A stretch of DNA of 64,000 nucleotides. Origin: a virus. Within the stretch, counting starts at the first letter, position 1. The number at the start of each line of letters is the position of its first letter. Under the pieces are notes generated by a model. It ran no database searches, was not told the origin of the DNA, and saw only the letters and a list, made by a program, of their open reading frames with translations. This document shows, in pieces, positions 1-10,897 of this stretch. The position numbers and the translations under genes were made by a program. The stretch is from the IMG/VR virus record IMGVR_UViG_3300049324_000002, positions 32,001 to 96,000 of that record; one strand, written 5' to 3'.

Positions 1-2917
1 CCATCGGACCAAAATGATGCCTAACCCCCACCAACGGAGAACTCTCCAACCTCACCGGAACCAACACATCAGGATGCTCACCCGGCCCAGGATCACTCCG
101 TCGCAACCGAACAGGATCAGGCTCACCCCTCGGTAAATGATCCGCAATATACTCCCACTGCCTAGAAGGAGCCCTCTCCAACACATCCAAAACATCAACC
201 GAAATATCCTTGATATTCGTCTTCTTAGCAACACCAGAAGACTGCGTCACCGTATCCGCAGTAAACCCAACATGCAAAGACGTGTTACCCTCAGCCACCG
301 CATAAATCCAATTCACCTGAAAAGCAAAAGCACTCCCCTTCGCAGGACACCCAATAATAAAAGCATCCCCCGAATCCTTCTTCATACGACCCAAACCAAC
401 ATCAATCGTCGCGGAACTAGTAGTAAACGCAAACTCATGATAGGGAACATCCCGCAACCCATGCGCAATAAAAAGCAACCTAGACGAATTCATCCCAGCC
501 GAATACTGCCTCGCATACACCGCAGACTCAGTATCCACCAACAACCCAGCAGTAGAATCAAACCAACCAAAAGCAGCCTCATACCACCACATACGCAAAA
601 CAGCCTCACCAGACAACCCCGCCTGCCGGTCACCCTTCAAATAAGTCAAAGAATACCCAGCATACCCAGGCACATCCGCAGTGAACAACGAAATGAACTT
701 ACCCAACGTATTATTCGCCGGATAAAACCTGATCTCCGTAGGAGCCGTACCACTAGGGTTAATAACAATACGCGCGCCAGTAATACCAGTCTTAATCTCA
801 CCGAGAATAGAAACAGCGCCAGCATTCGTCACCTGAAACGTCTTCACCGCCGACGAGTTAAAAGCAAACAACTCCGACGAGTTCATCCCAAACCGAGCAC
901 CCGACGCAGCAGTAGCAATCGACCCAGACAAAATAACCGCAGCCGACAACGTACCAGCCGTAATCTTACCGACATCCAAATCATTAATCGCCGCCGACCC
1001 AATCGACAACGCCGCATAATCCGGATTCAAAATCTGCCGAGGAACACCAGACGCCTGCGCCGACGTAGCCGACCTATTCCCCGACATATCCACACCAACA
1101 AGCCGAACAAAATAAGTAGTACCATACGTGCCTTTAGTGTAACCGAGCGCAGCGGCACTACCAATCGTATCCCACAAAGTAGTGGAAGTAGGAGTAAAAC
1201 TACTCACCGTACTAACATGCACCTCAACATACCTGAAATCCTTAGGCATAGCCTCACCCAAAGACCCCAAACCATTCCACTCAACCCGCAACGCAGCCAA
1301 CAAAGCAGTAACAACAGGAGTCGACGGAGTAGGAGGCGCAGTCGTATCAGACGCAGTAGTATGATTAACCGTCGAAGACCAACCACTAAAATTACCAATA
1401 GTATCCGACACACCAACCCGAACCTGAATCGCCGCACCCGGCCGCACAGCCGAAAAATTAGCGAACGTATCCTGCGTCTGCGTAACCAACATCCACGACA
1501 ACAACGCGCTAACAGGAGACATACTAACATCAGTATACTTCCAGTAAACAGCATACAAACCTAAATCAGTTACCGCAGTGCCATCCGAGTTAAACCCAAC
1601 CGGATCCCACTGCACCGACACCGCAGCCAACGTCACATTCTGATCCGTCGTATAAGCAATAGACGAAACAGTCACACCAGTAGGAGGCGCAGGAGCAATC
1701 CCATCAATCAACGTCGTAGGAATAGGACGAGCATTACTCGTCCCAGTAATCGTAGTACCGCCAGCAATACCCTGCAACCGTAAAGCCAACGCAGCAGTAC
1801 GCTCAGCAATCAAATCATTCAACACCACCGACCCGGACAACTCACCATCAGCATCCTGAGCGATAGTCCACTGTGCAACACGCAACCTCTCCAAATCCGA
1901 CCCAAGATCAGACCAACCCCAATCCCCCGTATCAAAATCACGCAACGGAACAGGACCACCAGTAACACTACCCGCATCCAACGTCAAACCATGCGTCTTC
2001 TCCATCGTCCCAGAAATAGCACCAGAAAGGAAAAACTGAGAATACGCAGTCAACGTAGTAGGATCACTGATCTGCCCCTGCGACACACCAATCTCAATAC
2101 GCCTACCACGCCTAGTCAAAGCACCAGCATCACTCGCCCACTGATACACCCCCAACGCACCCGCAACCAACGCAGAAGTAGCAGTACCACGAACAGTATG
2201 CTTACGAGGAGAATCAACAATACTCTGACCCTCACGAAAAACAACAGGAGGATTAGTAAGAGTCCTATCAACCCCAAAAGGGGGCTGATAAATCTTCAAA
2301 TCCTTACCAATAACCTTAAACTCACACATCCCAGCAGTAGCCAACCCCTGCAAACACTTCAAATAATCCGTACCCGGAGCGAACGTCAAAGTAATAATCT
2401 GAGTCCAAGAAACACCAGCAGAATCATGAGTACCAGTAAAAGACGCCCACGTCATATCCGTCAAAGCACCACGCGCAACAGCCTCAGCCATCAACGTCGC
2501 AACAATGGTACCAGCAGTACAAGAATAATAATGCGCATCATTAGAAGCGACAGTCGCATCATCACCCTGCGTAGGCATACCACCCTGAGGCTCCACCACA
2601 GCCTCACTCAAACGACCAGCAGCCAACAAACCAGTATACGACCAAACAGAACCCTCAACAACATCATCACCAGCAGACTCAGAAACATAAGACAACAACT
2701 CATCCTGCGCAACACCATCAATAAAAGTACGAATCATCAAATCACGATCATCAACGACCGTCTCATTCAAAACAGACCAATTCACCCCATTAGCAGGATA
2801 AGTAAAAGTAAGCGACCCCGCATCATTCACCACCGGCGAAATCGTAAACGTCTCCACATCAGGCAAAGGACACCTAAGAGACAAATCAGTATTCAAAACC
2901 CAAAACTCAACTAACAC
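1..2917 (-). CDS. Tail tip / central fibre minor tail protein with fibronectin type III-like repeats (3' end runs off the window)
   Basis: Not in the ORF track, consistent with no in-window stop. GTG at 2917 gives MLVEFWVLNTDLSLRCPLPD..., and every stretch I translated is open, including 1564-1991 and the window start. FN3-like segments (APAPPTGVTV..VSVQWDPV; PPTPSTPVV..LRVEWNG..YFVRLVGVDMSGNRS). Lies directly after the distal tail gene. Confidence 0.8.
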   Translation of the reverse strand, partial: MLVEFWVLNTDLSLRCPLPDVETFTISPVVNDAGSLTFTYPANGVNWSVLNETVVDDRDLMIRTFIDGVAQDELLSYVSESAGDDVVEGSVWSYTGLLAAGRLSEAVVEPQGGMPTQGDDATVASNDAHYYSCTAGTIVATLMAEAVARGALTDMTWASFTGTHDSAGVSWTQIITLTFAPGTDYLKCLQGLATAGMCEFKVIGKDLKIYQPPFGVDRTLTNPPVVFREGQSIVDSPRKHTVRGTATSALVAGALGVYQWASDAGALTRRGRRIEIGVSQGQISDPTTLTAYSQFFLSGAISGTMEKTHGLTLDAGSVTGGPVPLRDFDTGDWGWSDLGSDLERLRVAQWTIAQDADGELSGSVVLNDLIAERTAALALRLQGIAGGTTITGTSNARPIPTTLIDGIAPAPPTGVTVSSIAYTTDQNVTLAAVSVQWDPVGFNSDGTAVTDLGLYAVYWKYTDVSMSPVSALLSWMLVTQTQDTFANFSAVRPGAAIQVRVGVSDTIGNFSGWSSTVNHTTASDTTAPPTPSTPVVTALLAALRVEWNGLGSLGEAMPKDFRYVEVHVSTVSSFTPTSTTLWDTIGSAAALGYTKGTYGTTYFVRLVGVDMSGNRSATSAQASGVPRQILNPDYAALSIGSAAINDLDVGKITAGTLSAAVILSGSIATAASGARFGMNSSELFAFNSSAVKTFQVTNAGAVSILGEIKTGITGARIVINPSGTAPTEIRFYPANNTLGKFISLFTADVPGYAGYSLTYLKGDRQAGLSGEAVLRMWWYEAAFGWFDSTAGLLVDTESAVYARQYSAGMNSSRLLFIAHGLRDVPYHEFAFTTSSATIDVGLGRMKKDSGDAFIIGCPAKGSAFAFQVNWIYAVAEGNTSLHVGFTADTVTQSSGVAKKTNIKDISVDVLDVLERAPSRQWEYIADHLPRGEPDPVRLRRSDPGPGEHPDVLVPVRLESSPLVGVRHHFGPM

Positions 2918-2953
2918 GAAACACCCTCACTAACCCGGGGCAAGAAAAGAAGA

Positions 2954-3769
2954 TTAACCAGCAAACAAATACTTACGCCTACCAGTCAACGCAAACACAC
3001 CAGTACTACCAGCAGTCTGCGACGCAGTCACCTGCGGAATCACATCACCAGGATCCAACACAAACCACCGAGGATCCCCACCATGCACCAACGCACTATA
3101 AGAAGGCGTAATAGATGTTCCCGTCAAAGTCCACAACCCACAATCAATAGCCACAGACTGCGACCCCGTCAACACAGCATTATACTGAACATAAACCCCA
3201 GACGAAGACAACAACTTAGGATTCGTGCAAGGACCCGTAAACTTCACAATCAAATCATCCATAGGAGCCGTCGCACCAGTAAACGCAGAAACATTCCACA
3301 CACCAGTACCAGTCTTAGACTCCGTCACATCAACCGTATCTTTCCAAAAAGCACCCGACACCCGCAACGTCACAGCAAACTCAGCCCTCGACGCCCCAGC
3401 CAAAACCGTCATATCAATAGCATCAACAACCTGACCATTCACCTGCCGATGCGAACCATCCTCCAAAGTCTGCACCAACACCACATCATCAACACTAAAC
3501 AACATACCCAACCGATCAGCATTCTTCTGCAACATAGTGCGCAACTTCTTATCACTAGGCAGAGTGCCATCAGTGTTACAACCATTAATCCAAAAAGGCA
3601 GAATAACAGTACCAGAAGAATACTTCTTACGAGGAGTACGAACCGTCCCATGCCGACCCGGGACATCCAAATCTTTACCACGCTTAGGAGGACTAGTCCA
3701 ACGACCAGTCAAATCCCCAACATTATACGCCAAATTAGATATATCAACACCATTCACAGTCATAGACAT
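2954..3769 (-). CDS. Distal tail protein (Dit-like) / minor tail protein
   Basis: Immediately downstream of the tape measure; N-terminal 'DLDVPGRHGTV' motif typical of siphophage Dit proteins. Confidence 0.75.
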   Translation of the reverse strand: MSMTVNGVDISNLAYNVGDLTGRWTSPPKRGKDLDVPGRHGTVRTPRKKYSSGTVILPFWINGCNTDGTLPSDKKLRTMLQKNADRLGMLFSVDDVVLVQTLEDGSHRQVNGQVVDAIDMTVLAGASRAEFAVTLRVSGAFWKDTVDVTESKTGTGVWNVSAFTGATAPMDDLIVKFTGPCTNPKLLSSSGVYVQYNAVLTGSQSVAIDCGLWTLTGTSITPSYSALVHGGDPRWFVLDPGDVIPQVTASQTAGSTGVFALTGRRKYLFAG

Positions 3770-3782
3770 GTGAAAACCTCAC

Positions 3783-6700
3783 TCACGAGAACATCCCCAT
3801 CAAAGACAAAGAACGCATACGAGCCGCCGCCGAGTCAGAAGCAGTCTCAGCAACCGGATTATAGATGTTCGTATTAATGACAACATCCCTAGATGAGTCA
3901 CTACTAGAAGCGCCATGCACCACCGTAGAAGATGACCCGGCCGACAACGCCGCATCCAACCCGGCCCGCACAGCACCCCCCAACGCAAACCGCTGCACCG
4001 ACGCACGCCCCACAGGCGAGAACAAGTCAGCAGCATGCACCCCACCTGACGCGTTCAACCTCGTCAACAAATCAAGGCCAAGTGCCTCCGACACACCCCT
4101 ACTCAAAACAAACTCACCCGGCGTCAACATCGCCGGAACCGAATCACCCCCACCCGGCCCAGAAGCAGTAACCACACCACCATCCGCGTAACCGTGACCC
4201 TTCCACCCCGCAGCCAACGAACCATACGCAGCCACAGTATACTTAATAGCAGAAGTAATATTAGCCATAGGATCAACCGACACACCATACGAATAAGGAC
4301 CCTTATCAAACCTAGCATCCTTGTAAGCCGCGTACGTGCCAGCGATAACCTGCATCAAACCAACAGAAGGATGACCAGCCTGCCAGTTCGAATCCCACTG
4401 ATTAACCACAGTAGGATTACCACCAGACTCAGTGCTCATCTGCATCAACAAGGCACCGATATTCTCAAGAGCCTGATTCTCAGCAGTCAGTGCCGCTAAC
4501 CCAGTGGCCCTCCACTGCTCAACGCCAGCCCCACCACCCTGCAACAACCCACTCGCACCAGCATTAGCCAACGCCGCTGCAGCGGCAGCCGCCCGCGCCG
4601 CATAATCCTTAGCCTTCTCAATAACCGCGTCAATAACTTTAGAAGGTATAGCCTTCATAACATCAGTGAAGCCACCTGACCCGGGCACACGCCCAGCATC
4701 ATCAGACACCCCACCAAACAACGTACGAACAGACCCAACAGGATCCGACACCATCGAAGCAATCGCGCCCGTAACATCACCAACGACACCACCACCAGCA
4801 AACCTATTCCCACCCGCTGGCTTAGCACGACCACCAGAATAAAACTCATTCGCCTTGTAAACAAAGTCAGGACCCAGTCCCCGAACAGCCTCAGGAACGA
4901 GTACTCCCTCTCCTGGCGAGAGGACCACTGGTACCGAGTCCCGACCCGGAGCATAGCCAGGGAGAACACCACCCTCAGCCAGCAACGCAGCAGGCGCTAG
5001 CTTCCCCAACCCGAACACACCAGCAAGACCATTCCACAACGGAACAATCCCACGATTGTAAACAACGTCAATCACAAAGTTAACAGGACCCTTAGCAATA
5101 TCACCTAACCTGTTCCAAGCACCCTCAATAGCACCAATAACATTCGTAAAAGTATCACCAAGAAGATGTACCACACCCATAAAGCCATTGAAGATAGGCA
5201 AGAGGATGTTATTGTAAATGCCTGTGAAAGCACCACCAATGAAATCTAGAGCAGGCTTAATAGCATTATTCCACAACCACAAAGCAGCGTTACCTGTATC
5301 CTGGAAAGCTCTGACCAAAGAATCAATCACAGGCTTAACAAGAGTATTCCACAAGAAACCAAACGCAGCCCCCATGAAATCAAGAGCAGGCTTAATAGCA
5401 TTAACCCACAACCACGTACCAGCATCACCTAGCTGCTGTAACCCCTCCAAAAACAAGTCAACAATAGGCTTGATAACATTAGTCCACACAGCAGTGAAGA
5501 AAGCACCAACAGCATCCAACGCACCAATAACAATATTACGGAACGTCTCAGAATGCGTCCAAGCATAAATAAACGCAGCAACCAAAGCTGCAATCGCAAG
5601 AACAACCAACCCGATAGGGTTAGCATCCATCGCAGCATTCAACAACCACTGCACCGCAGCCCACGCAGCAGTAGCACCCTTAACAATCGCAGACCCCGCA
5701 GCAAACAACAACTGCTTAGCATTAGCAGCTAAAGTCTCAACACCCAACTTAATGTAACTACCTGCAGCGCTAGCAACAGCACCCGCAACCTGCAAAGCAG
5801 ACCCAACAGCCTTACCTAACCCAGACGCTGCACTACCAGCCGCACTAGCAACAGCACCCGACAACGTAGAAGCAACACCAGACAACGCAGACTTAGCAGC
5901 CTCAGCAAGAGGCTTAATCTTCGCCAAACCAGCCGAAATGACTTCCGGTGCAAACGACCCAGCAATAGAACCTGCAATACCACCAACCGCTGCACCAGTA
6001 TCCCCACCCACCGCCTGGCCGATCGCTGCCCCGGCCAGACCACCACCAATAGACCCCGCGATCCCACCGGCCACCCGCCCCACAGCCACCGCGCCACGGC
6101 CCACAGAGCCCGCCACCGCGCTCAACCGCGACGGCGCAGCAGGTGCCGAGCGAGGAGTACCAGGAGGATAAAAAGGCGCAGCCCCAGCAGGAACAGCAGT
6201 CTGAACAGGCGACGCTGCAGGAGTCCCCGGCTTGAACACCGACATCGCCGCGCCGCCCACCGCAGCACCGGCACGCGCCGTAATCGTACGAGGAGTAGCA
6301 GTCTCACCCGCAACAGCCGACTTCACACCACCAACAAAACTCGTAGGAGACGCCTTAACCGGAGCAGCCTCACCAGCCAAATAAGAAGCAGACCGCCCAG
6401 CCAACGCGTTAATCCCACCAGCAACACTAGACAAACCAGTAATAGAACCTATCAGCTTGATTGCTTTCAACCCACCAGCAATCGCCAACAACCACACACC
6501 AAGCTCAGCAATATAAGGAACCGAAGTGATAGCCTGCAAAACAGAAGCAAAAATATTCAATATAGTAACGAAAGCTGACAAACCACCTCCGCCTCCAGCA
6601 TTAACCAAGTTAGTAAGAACATCAGCAAGCTTCGAAATAATCTCAATAAGCTGCTGACCAATAGAAAGTGAAACATCCTTCATTGCAGCAGCAAGACGCT

Positions 6701-9032
6701 GGAACGCAGGAACCAAATTATCTCTAACCGCAACCAGCAACTCATAAGTTGTCTTAGAAGCACCAGTCCCAATAATAGACGTAGCCAACATACCAAGCAA
6801 CTGCAAAATGATACGGATCGAAGGCTCCATATCATCGAAATACTTCTTTAGCTTACCAAAACCCTCAGCAGTGTGTAGGTAATCATTAGTCTTCTTCGTC
6901 AACTCCTCAAACGACGTCAACAACCGCTCACCCAAAGGAGCCGCTGCTGCGAAAACCTGATAAAGAATGCCACCAACATTCTTCAGGATGTTACCAAGAA
7001 GAGATAGTATATCTTTAACTTTAACAAAGAAATCAGTAAGCTGACCAGTATCACGAGCAGCCTGAGTAGTCGCTTTAATATGCTCAGACCAAGCCAACGT
7101 CAGCTTGGTCAACCAGTCCAACAGCGGAACAGCCGCCATAGACAAGTTTTCAATAACGCTAAGAAGATTAAGGAGTATGTGCCCAAAGTTATCTACAAGC
7201 TTTGGACCTTCCCCAGTACCAAACGAAAGGAAGTCCTTCTGAAAACTGTTAAGCTCAGCAGCACCGTCATTAGCAAGAGAACTAAGAACAGCGCCAAAAG
7301 CTTTAATAGAAGGTATTGCTACTGAGTCAACCAGAGGAATGACTGCTTTAATCGCAGTCTCTAACCCGGGCAGGAACGCGCCCTCAGCGGCGCCAGTAAT
7401 CTTATCAACCAACGGGATAAGAGACTGCAAAAAATAAACAAACTGCTGGCCAGCAGGAGCCAAATGCGACATTGCAGTAGCAAGAGCAGTCTGTGCCGCA
7501 TTCTGCTTATTCGCTGCACTCGAAACCTGCTCAAGCGCAGCCTCTAACGAACGCTGCGCCTGCGTAACCGACTGATCCGCAGACAACATTCTATCCGCAG
7601 CAGTAACCCGTGCATCCGCAGCATTCTCAACTGCTTGTGTCTCAGCATCCTTAGCGCTCGCTACCTGATTAGAAGCATTAACTACATTAGCTGCTCCATT
7701 AACACCATCAGCCTGCGCTTTAGTATTATCTTCAGTAGCTCTCGAAGATGAAATCCTTGCTTCGGCTAAACGCTGCTCAGCCTCAGCAACCTGCAAATCA
7801 GCTTTACGCTTATCCAAAGCCGTAGAAGTAGCACTAGCATTAACTGCAGCTTGATTCTGCTGTGCATCAATAAGAGCAATCTCAGCAGACTCGACCGACA
7901 GCCTAGCGTCGATCTCAGCATTCTGCATATCAATGAGATCGCGTACAGCTTTCTCACGCTCAGCATTCAAACTAGCAAGAGCAGTCTGAACATCCTTATG
8001 CGCCTGCGCTAAAGCTTTATCTGCAGCCGCTACATCTTTCTCACCCTGTACCTCAGCCTGCGCTCGCGAACGCTCCGCATTAGCCAGAGCATCCTGCGCA
8101 TTAGCCAACCCACGCGTGGCCGACGCAGCCGCCTGAGCATCAGACGCAGCCGACTGAGCAGACTGAGACTGTGCACTCTGTAAAGCCTTTAAGGCAGTAC
8201 CAATACCCTTAAAAGCCAATAATGCTGTGCCCACTGCCCCGGCCGCCGCTAAAGCAGCAGGACCCAACGCAGCAATCGCACCCGCAGCAGGCGCAGCAGC
8301 ACCCAAAATGCCGATCAGCGCGCCACCCAGCGCAACGATCGAACCAATCAGCCCACCAATAAAAGCCGGTAGAGCCGGGGCAACCATCAACAATAGAGTA
8401 CGCAAAAACTTAGACGACGAAGAATCCGCGTCCTTAGAAGAACTACTATAATTCTTCAGCTCAGATGAAAGAGAGGCGAAATACCCCTTAGACTGCTGAG
8501 CCGACGATCCAGTACGACGATTAGAATCACCAAGCTTATCTGAAGAACGTGCAGCATCGTCAGTATCCCGAGCCACATCCTTTAACGCAGCAGAATGCGC
8601 CTTATGTGCAGTAGTCGCATCTTTAGCAGCATTCTTCTCTTTACCAAGAGCAGTAGAATGCCCATCACTACTAGACGAGGCATCCTTCTCAGAATTAACC
8701 AAATTGGCAAGACTCGCCGACAACTTCTGAACCATATCAAGCTTAGAACTAGCAGCCTGCTGCTCTTTATTCAAAGCAATAGTATGCTTGTCCGCAGACT
8801 TCGTTGCAGCTTCCTCACCGCGCTGCAACGAAGTAGTTAACTTATCAGTCTCACCACGCAACTTAGACTGAGCAGTCGCCATCTTCGAAACATTGGACTC
8901 AAACGCCTTCGAAGATGCTGGGTCAGAAGCCAACGACTTTAATGCCGTAAGCTTCGCAGCAGTCTTATCAACCTCACTATTCAATGAAGCGAAATCGGCG
9001 ACAGCCTTAAAAACCGCTGTAGCGGAAGGCAC
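3783..9032 (-). CDS. Tape measure protein with C-terminal lytic transglycosylase (SLT) domain
   Basis: 1749 aa, Ala/Gly-rich coiled coil, hydrophobic segments and W-spaced repeats; SLT motifs 'MSTESGGNP...SVGLMQVI...DPMANITSAIKY'. Confidence 0.95.
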   Translation of the reverse strand: MPSATAVFKAVADFASLNSEVDKTAAKLTALKSLASDPASSKAFESNVSKMATAQSKLRGETDKLTTSLQRGEEAATKSADKHTIALNKEQQAASSKLDMVQKLSASLANLVNSEKDASSSSDGHSTALGKEKNAAKDATTAHKAHSAALKDVARDTDDAARSSDKLGDSNRRTGSSAQQSKGYFASLSSELKNYSSSSKDADSSSSKFLRTLLLMVAPALPAFIGGLIGSIVALGGALIGILGAAAPAAGAIAALGPAALAAAGAVGTALLAFKGIGTALKALQSAQSQSAQSAASDAQAAASATRGLANAQDALANAERSRAQAEVQGEKDVAAADKALAQAHKDVQTALASLNAEREKAVRDLIDMQNAEIDARLSVESAEIALIDAQQNQAAVNASATSTALDKRKADLQVAEAEQRLAEARISSSRATEDNTKAQADGVNGAANVVNASNQVASAKDAETQAVENAADARVTAADRMLSADQSVTQAQRSLEAALEQVSSAANKQNAAQTALATAMSHLAPAGQQFVYFLQSLIPLVDKITGAAEGAFLPGLETAIKAVIPLVDSVAIPSIKAFGAVLSSLANDGAAELNSFQKDFLSFGTGEGPKLVDNFGHILLNLLSVIENLSMAAVPLLDWLTKLTLAWSEHIKATTQAARDTGQLTDFFVKVKDILSLLGNILKNVGGILYQVFAAAAPLGERLLTSFEELTKKTNDYLHTAEGFGKLKKYFDDMEPSIRIILQLLGMLATSIIGTGASKTTYELLVAVRDNLVPAFQRLAAAMKDVSLSIGQQLIEIISKLADVLTNLVNAGGGGGLSAFVTILNIFASVLQAITSVPYIAELGVWLLAIAGGLKAIKLIGSITGLSSVAGGINALAGRSASYLAGEAAPVKASPTSFVGGVKSAVAGETATPRTITARAGAAVGGAAMSVFKPGTPAASPVQTAVPAGAAPFYPPGTPRSAPAAPSRLSAVAGSVGRGAVAVGRVAGGIAGSIGGGLAGAAIGQAVGGDTGAAVGGIAGSIAGSFAPEVISAGLAKIKPLAEAAKSALSGVASTLSGAVASAAGSAASGLGKAVGSALQVAGAVASAAGSYIKLGVETLAANAKQLLFAAGSAIVKGATAAWAAVQWLLNAAMDANPIGLVVLAIAALVAAFIYAWTHSETFRNIVIGALDAVGAFFTAVWTNVIKPIVDLFLEGLQQLGDAGTWLWVNAIKPALDFMGAAFGFLWNTLVKPVIDSLVRAFQDTGNAALWLWNNAIKPALDFIGGAFTGIYNNILLPIFNGFMGVVHLLGDTFTNVIGAIEGAWNRLGDIAKGPVNFVIDVVYNRGIVPLWNGLAGVFGLGKLAPAALLAEGGVLPGYAPGRDSVPVVLSPGEGVLVPEAVRGLGPDFVYKANEFYSGGRAKPAGGNRFAGGGVVGDVTGAIASMVSDPVGSVRTLFGGVSDDAGRVPGSGGFTDVMKAIPSKVIDAVIEKAKDYAARAAAAAAALANAGASGLLQGGGAGVEQWRATGLAALTAENQALENIGALLMQMSTESGGNPTVVNQWDSNWQAGHPSVGLMQVIAGTYAAYKDARFDKGPYSYGVSVDPMANITSAIKYTVAAYGSLAAGWKGHGYADGGVVTASGPGGGDSVPAMLTPGEFVLSRGVSEALGLDLLTRLNASGGVHAADLFSPVGRASVQRFALGGAVRAGLDAALSAGSSSTVVHGASSSDSSRDVVINTNIYNPVAETASDSAAARMRSLSLMGMFS

Positions 9033-9059
9033 CGATTCACCCCACTTCTAGCATACCCA

Positions 9060-9512
9060 TCATTGACGGGTAGGAAATATCCCCATCAATTTCTCGAACG
9101 AACCTGGAACAGGCTCAATAACTGACGGGCTAGTGGTTTCTTCGGGTTCCTCCGGGATAATCGAGAGATTCATTGCAGCTCGCTGCAATTCCTTCGCGCC
9201 ATCCGAAGACATAGCGGTAGCCGCAATAAAAGTGGCGAGGGCTCTGGTCTGCCATTCTAAATACAACCGAGACTTAGCATCCTCAACAGACAAACGCTCT
9301 CGAACAGACTCAACAATCTGCCTTACTCGACGGACGGTGAGGTCGAGGACACAATCGTCGGACCATCCGTACTCGGAAGAGATGAGGTCACAGGTTCGGG
9401 CAAAGGCTCCTGCAACCCTGCTGTCTGATCGATAGACGCCTGTTGGATCACTGCGAGAGTAGGATCGGTCTTCGCGGCGACCTTGAACATCGCCGCTAGG
9501 CGTTTCCCCAAA
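9060..9512 (-). CDS. Tail assembly chaperone, -1 frameshift extension (gpGT-like)
   Basis: The -1 frame is open from about 9536 to 9060 and encodes 'DLISSEYGWSDDCVLDLTVRRV' upstream of its first start codon (9293); slippery heptamer T-TTG-GGG at 9512-9506. Confidence 0.7.
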   Translation of the reverse strand, partial: FGETPSGDVQGRREDRSYSRSDPTGVYRSDSRVAGAFARTCDLISSEYGWSDDCVLDLTVRRVRQIVESVRERLSVEDAKSRLYLEWQTRALATFIAATAMSSDGAKELQRAAMNLSIIPEEPEETTSPSVIEPVPGSFEKLMGIFPTRQ

Positions 9513-9973
9513 GCAACCAGATCGTCTTTCTCCTGATTAACCACAGTCTCGATGATGGTCACAACATCACCAATATCCGGATTCTCCAACTCCGAATACA
9601 ACACATCAACAAGCTGAGCGTTACGCTCCTTAGCCTGCTTATCCCGACCCGGAGTCAGACCAACCGGCTCCACCACAGACTGAATAAACGCGACCGTCTC
9701 ATCCTCAGCCTCAGGCAACGCAATAACCGCAATAGCTAACAATTGCGTGCCAAACACCTCGGCGGCATTCTCATCAGTCGCCATCGACAAAGCATCACGC
9801 AAAGCCGGAAGATAAGAAGAACCACCACGCGTCACAATACGAAGCAGCTTAAACAACTGCCTCATACGCAAAGGCAGTACCTTCGCTGAAATACCAGAAG
9901 ACAAATCAACAACAGCAGACTCTGGATCAAGACGATCGATCTCAGAAGTAGGATCAGTCACAACATTAACCAC
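9323..9973 (-). CDS. Tail assembly chaperone (gpG-like)
   Basis: Position between tail tube and tape measure; helical protein with 'LGK' at the slippery site. Confidence 0.8.
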   Translation of the reverse strand: MVNVVTDPTSEIDRLDPESAVVDLSSGISAKVLPLRMRQLFKLLRIVTRGGSSYLPALRDALSMATDENAAEVFGTQLLAIAVIALPEAEDETVAFIQSVVEPVGLTPGRDKQAKERNAQLVDVLYSELENPDIGDVVTIIETVVNQEKDDLVALGKRLAAMFKVAAKTDPTLAVIQQASIDQTAGLQEPLPEPVTSSLPSTDGPTIVSSTSPSVE

Positions 9974-10007
9974 GTACGCGCTCCCTGGCGTCTAAAAAAG
10001 AATGGAA

Positions 10008-10550
10008 CTAGGCTGCAGAGGTATTCACCAAACGACCGATAGACTGCTCAGTAAGAGCAACACCAGCCTCATCAACAGTAGAAAGAACTGCACGACCAGT
10101 GTAGTTAACGGTCATGCCATCCTTATAGGTAGGACCATCAAACGCGATCGGCTGGAACTGAACACGATAAAGAACAATGTCCATGGTACGAATCGCGCCC
10201 AAAGAATCCTTAGACGGCACACGAATCAATACAGGCTTAGGTGGCTGGTTCAAACTGCTCTGATTCCACAGCGGAACGCTCCAACTATCTGAAGACGATG
10301 TCACTGTAGCGCCAGTCAACAGCGAGATAACTCTAAAAGGAATGTAGCCAGAGCTAATCTTCAGCTCAGCATAGTTGAACCAAAACCAGCTAGACAGCAC
10401 TGCGTTATCGCCAGTGTTATCATGCTGATCTGAGTTAACCGCTACAGAACCCTCACGAACACCATAAATATCCGCTTGCTCAGCGCCAGTCGTGCCGTCA
10501 AGGATAGCAGCGTGAGAAACGCTAAACCCTTCAAAAATTCCCGTAGACAC
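10008..10550 (-). CDS. Major tail (tube) protein
   Basis: 180 aa beta-rich protein upstream of the chaperones; RBS GAGGGG. Confidence 0.75.
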   Translation of the reverse strand: MSTGIFEGFSVSHAAILDGTTGAEQADIYGVREGSVAVNSDQHDNTGDNAVLSSWFWFNYAELKISSGYIPFRVISLLTGATVTSSSDSWSVPLWNQSSLNQPPKPVLIRVPSKDSLGAIRTMDIVLYRVQFQPIAFDGPTYKDGMTVNYTGRAVLSTVDEAGVALTEQSIGRLVNTSAA

Positions 10551-10630
10551 TATCGAATCCCTCAGCTCAAAAGTAGAAACACACGACTGACTTCTGAGCT
10601 ATGGCATTCATTGCTCAACGCCCAAAGGCG

Positions 10631-10897
10631 CTAGCCCTCAGATGGATGTTCGGCGCCACTGATCGCAACACGAAGAATCTCTGTCTCCACCAACTCACCA
10701 AGAATATCAAACCTATGCAAAATCAACTTAATGTCAGAATGCCCTTCAGAACGCAATCTACGACGGCAATCCTGGCAAGCCATCTCCAAAAGATTGCCAG
10801 ACGTCACTTCAGGTTGCTCACCACTCACACGCAACTTAGCCAGTAACTTACGTGGCCCTAAAGGACAACGCAAAGAAATCTCAGAAGGGGCAGTCAC
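10631..10897 (-). CDS. Small Cys-containing (possible Zn-binding) protein
   Basis: RCP...ACQDCRR; start overlaps the stop of the glycosyltransferase. Confidence 0.6.
   Translation of the reverse strand: MTAPSEISLRCPLGPRKLLAKLRVSGEQPEVTSGNLLEMACQDCRRRLRSEGHSDIKLILHRFDILGELVETEILRVAISGAEHPSEG

Noticed and set aside
137-3877. Long plus-strand ORFs (137-1564, 1991-2914, 3083-3877; likewise 23622-24521, 45606-46706, 55749-57053)
   Set aside because: R/T/N/I/S-rich in-register antisense shadows of real minus-strand genes, caused by codon bias.
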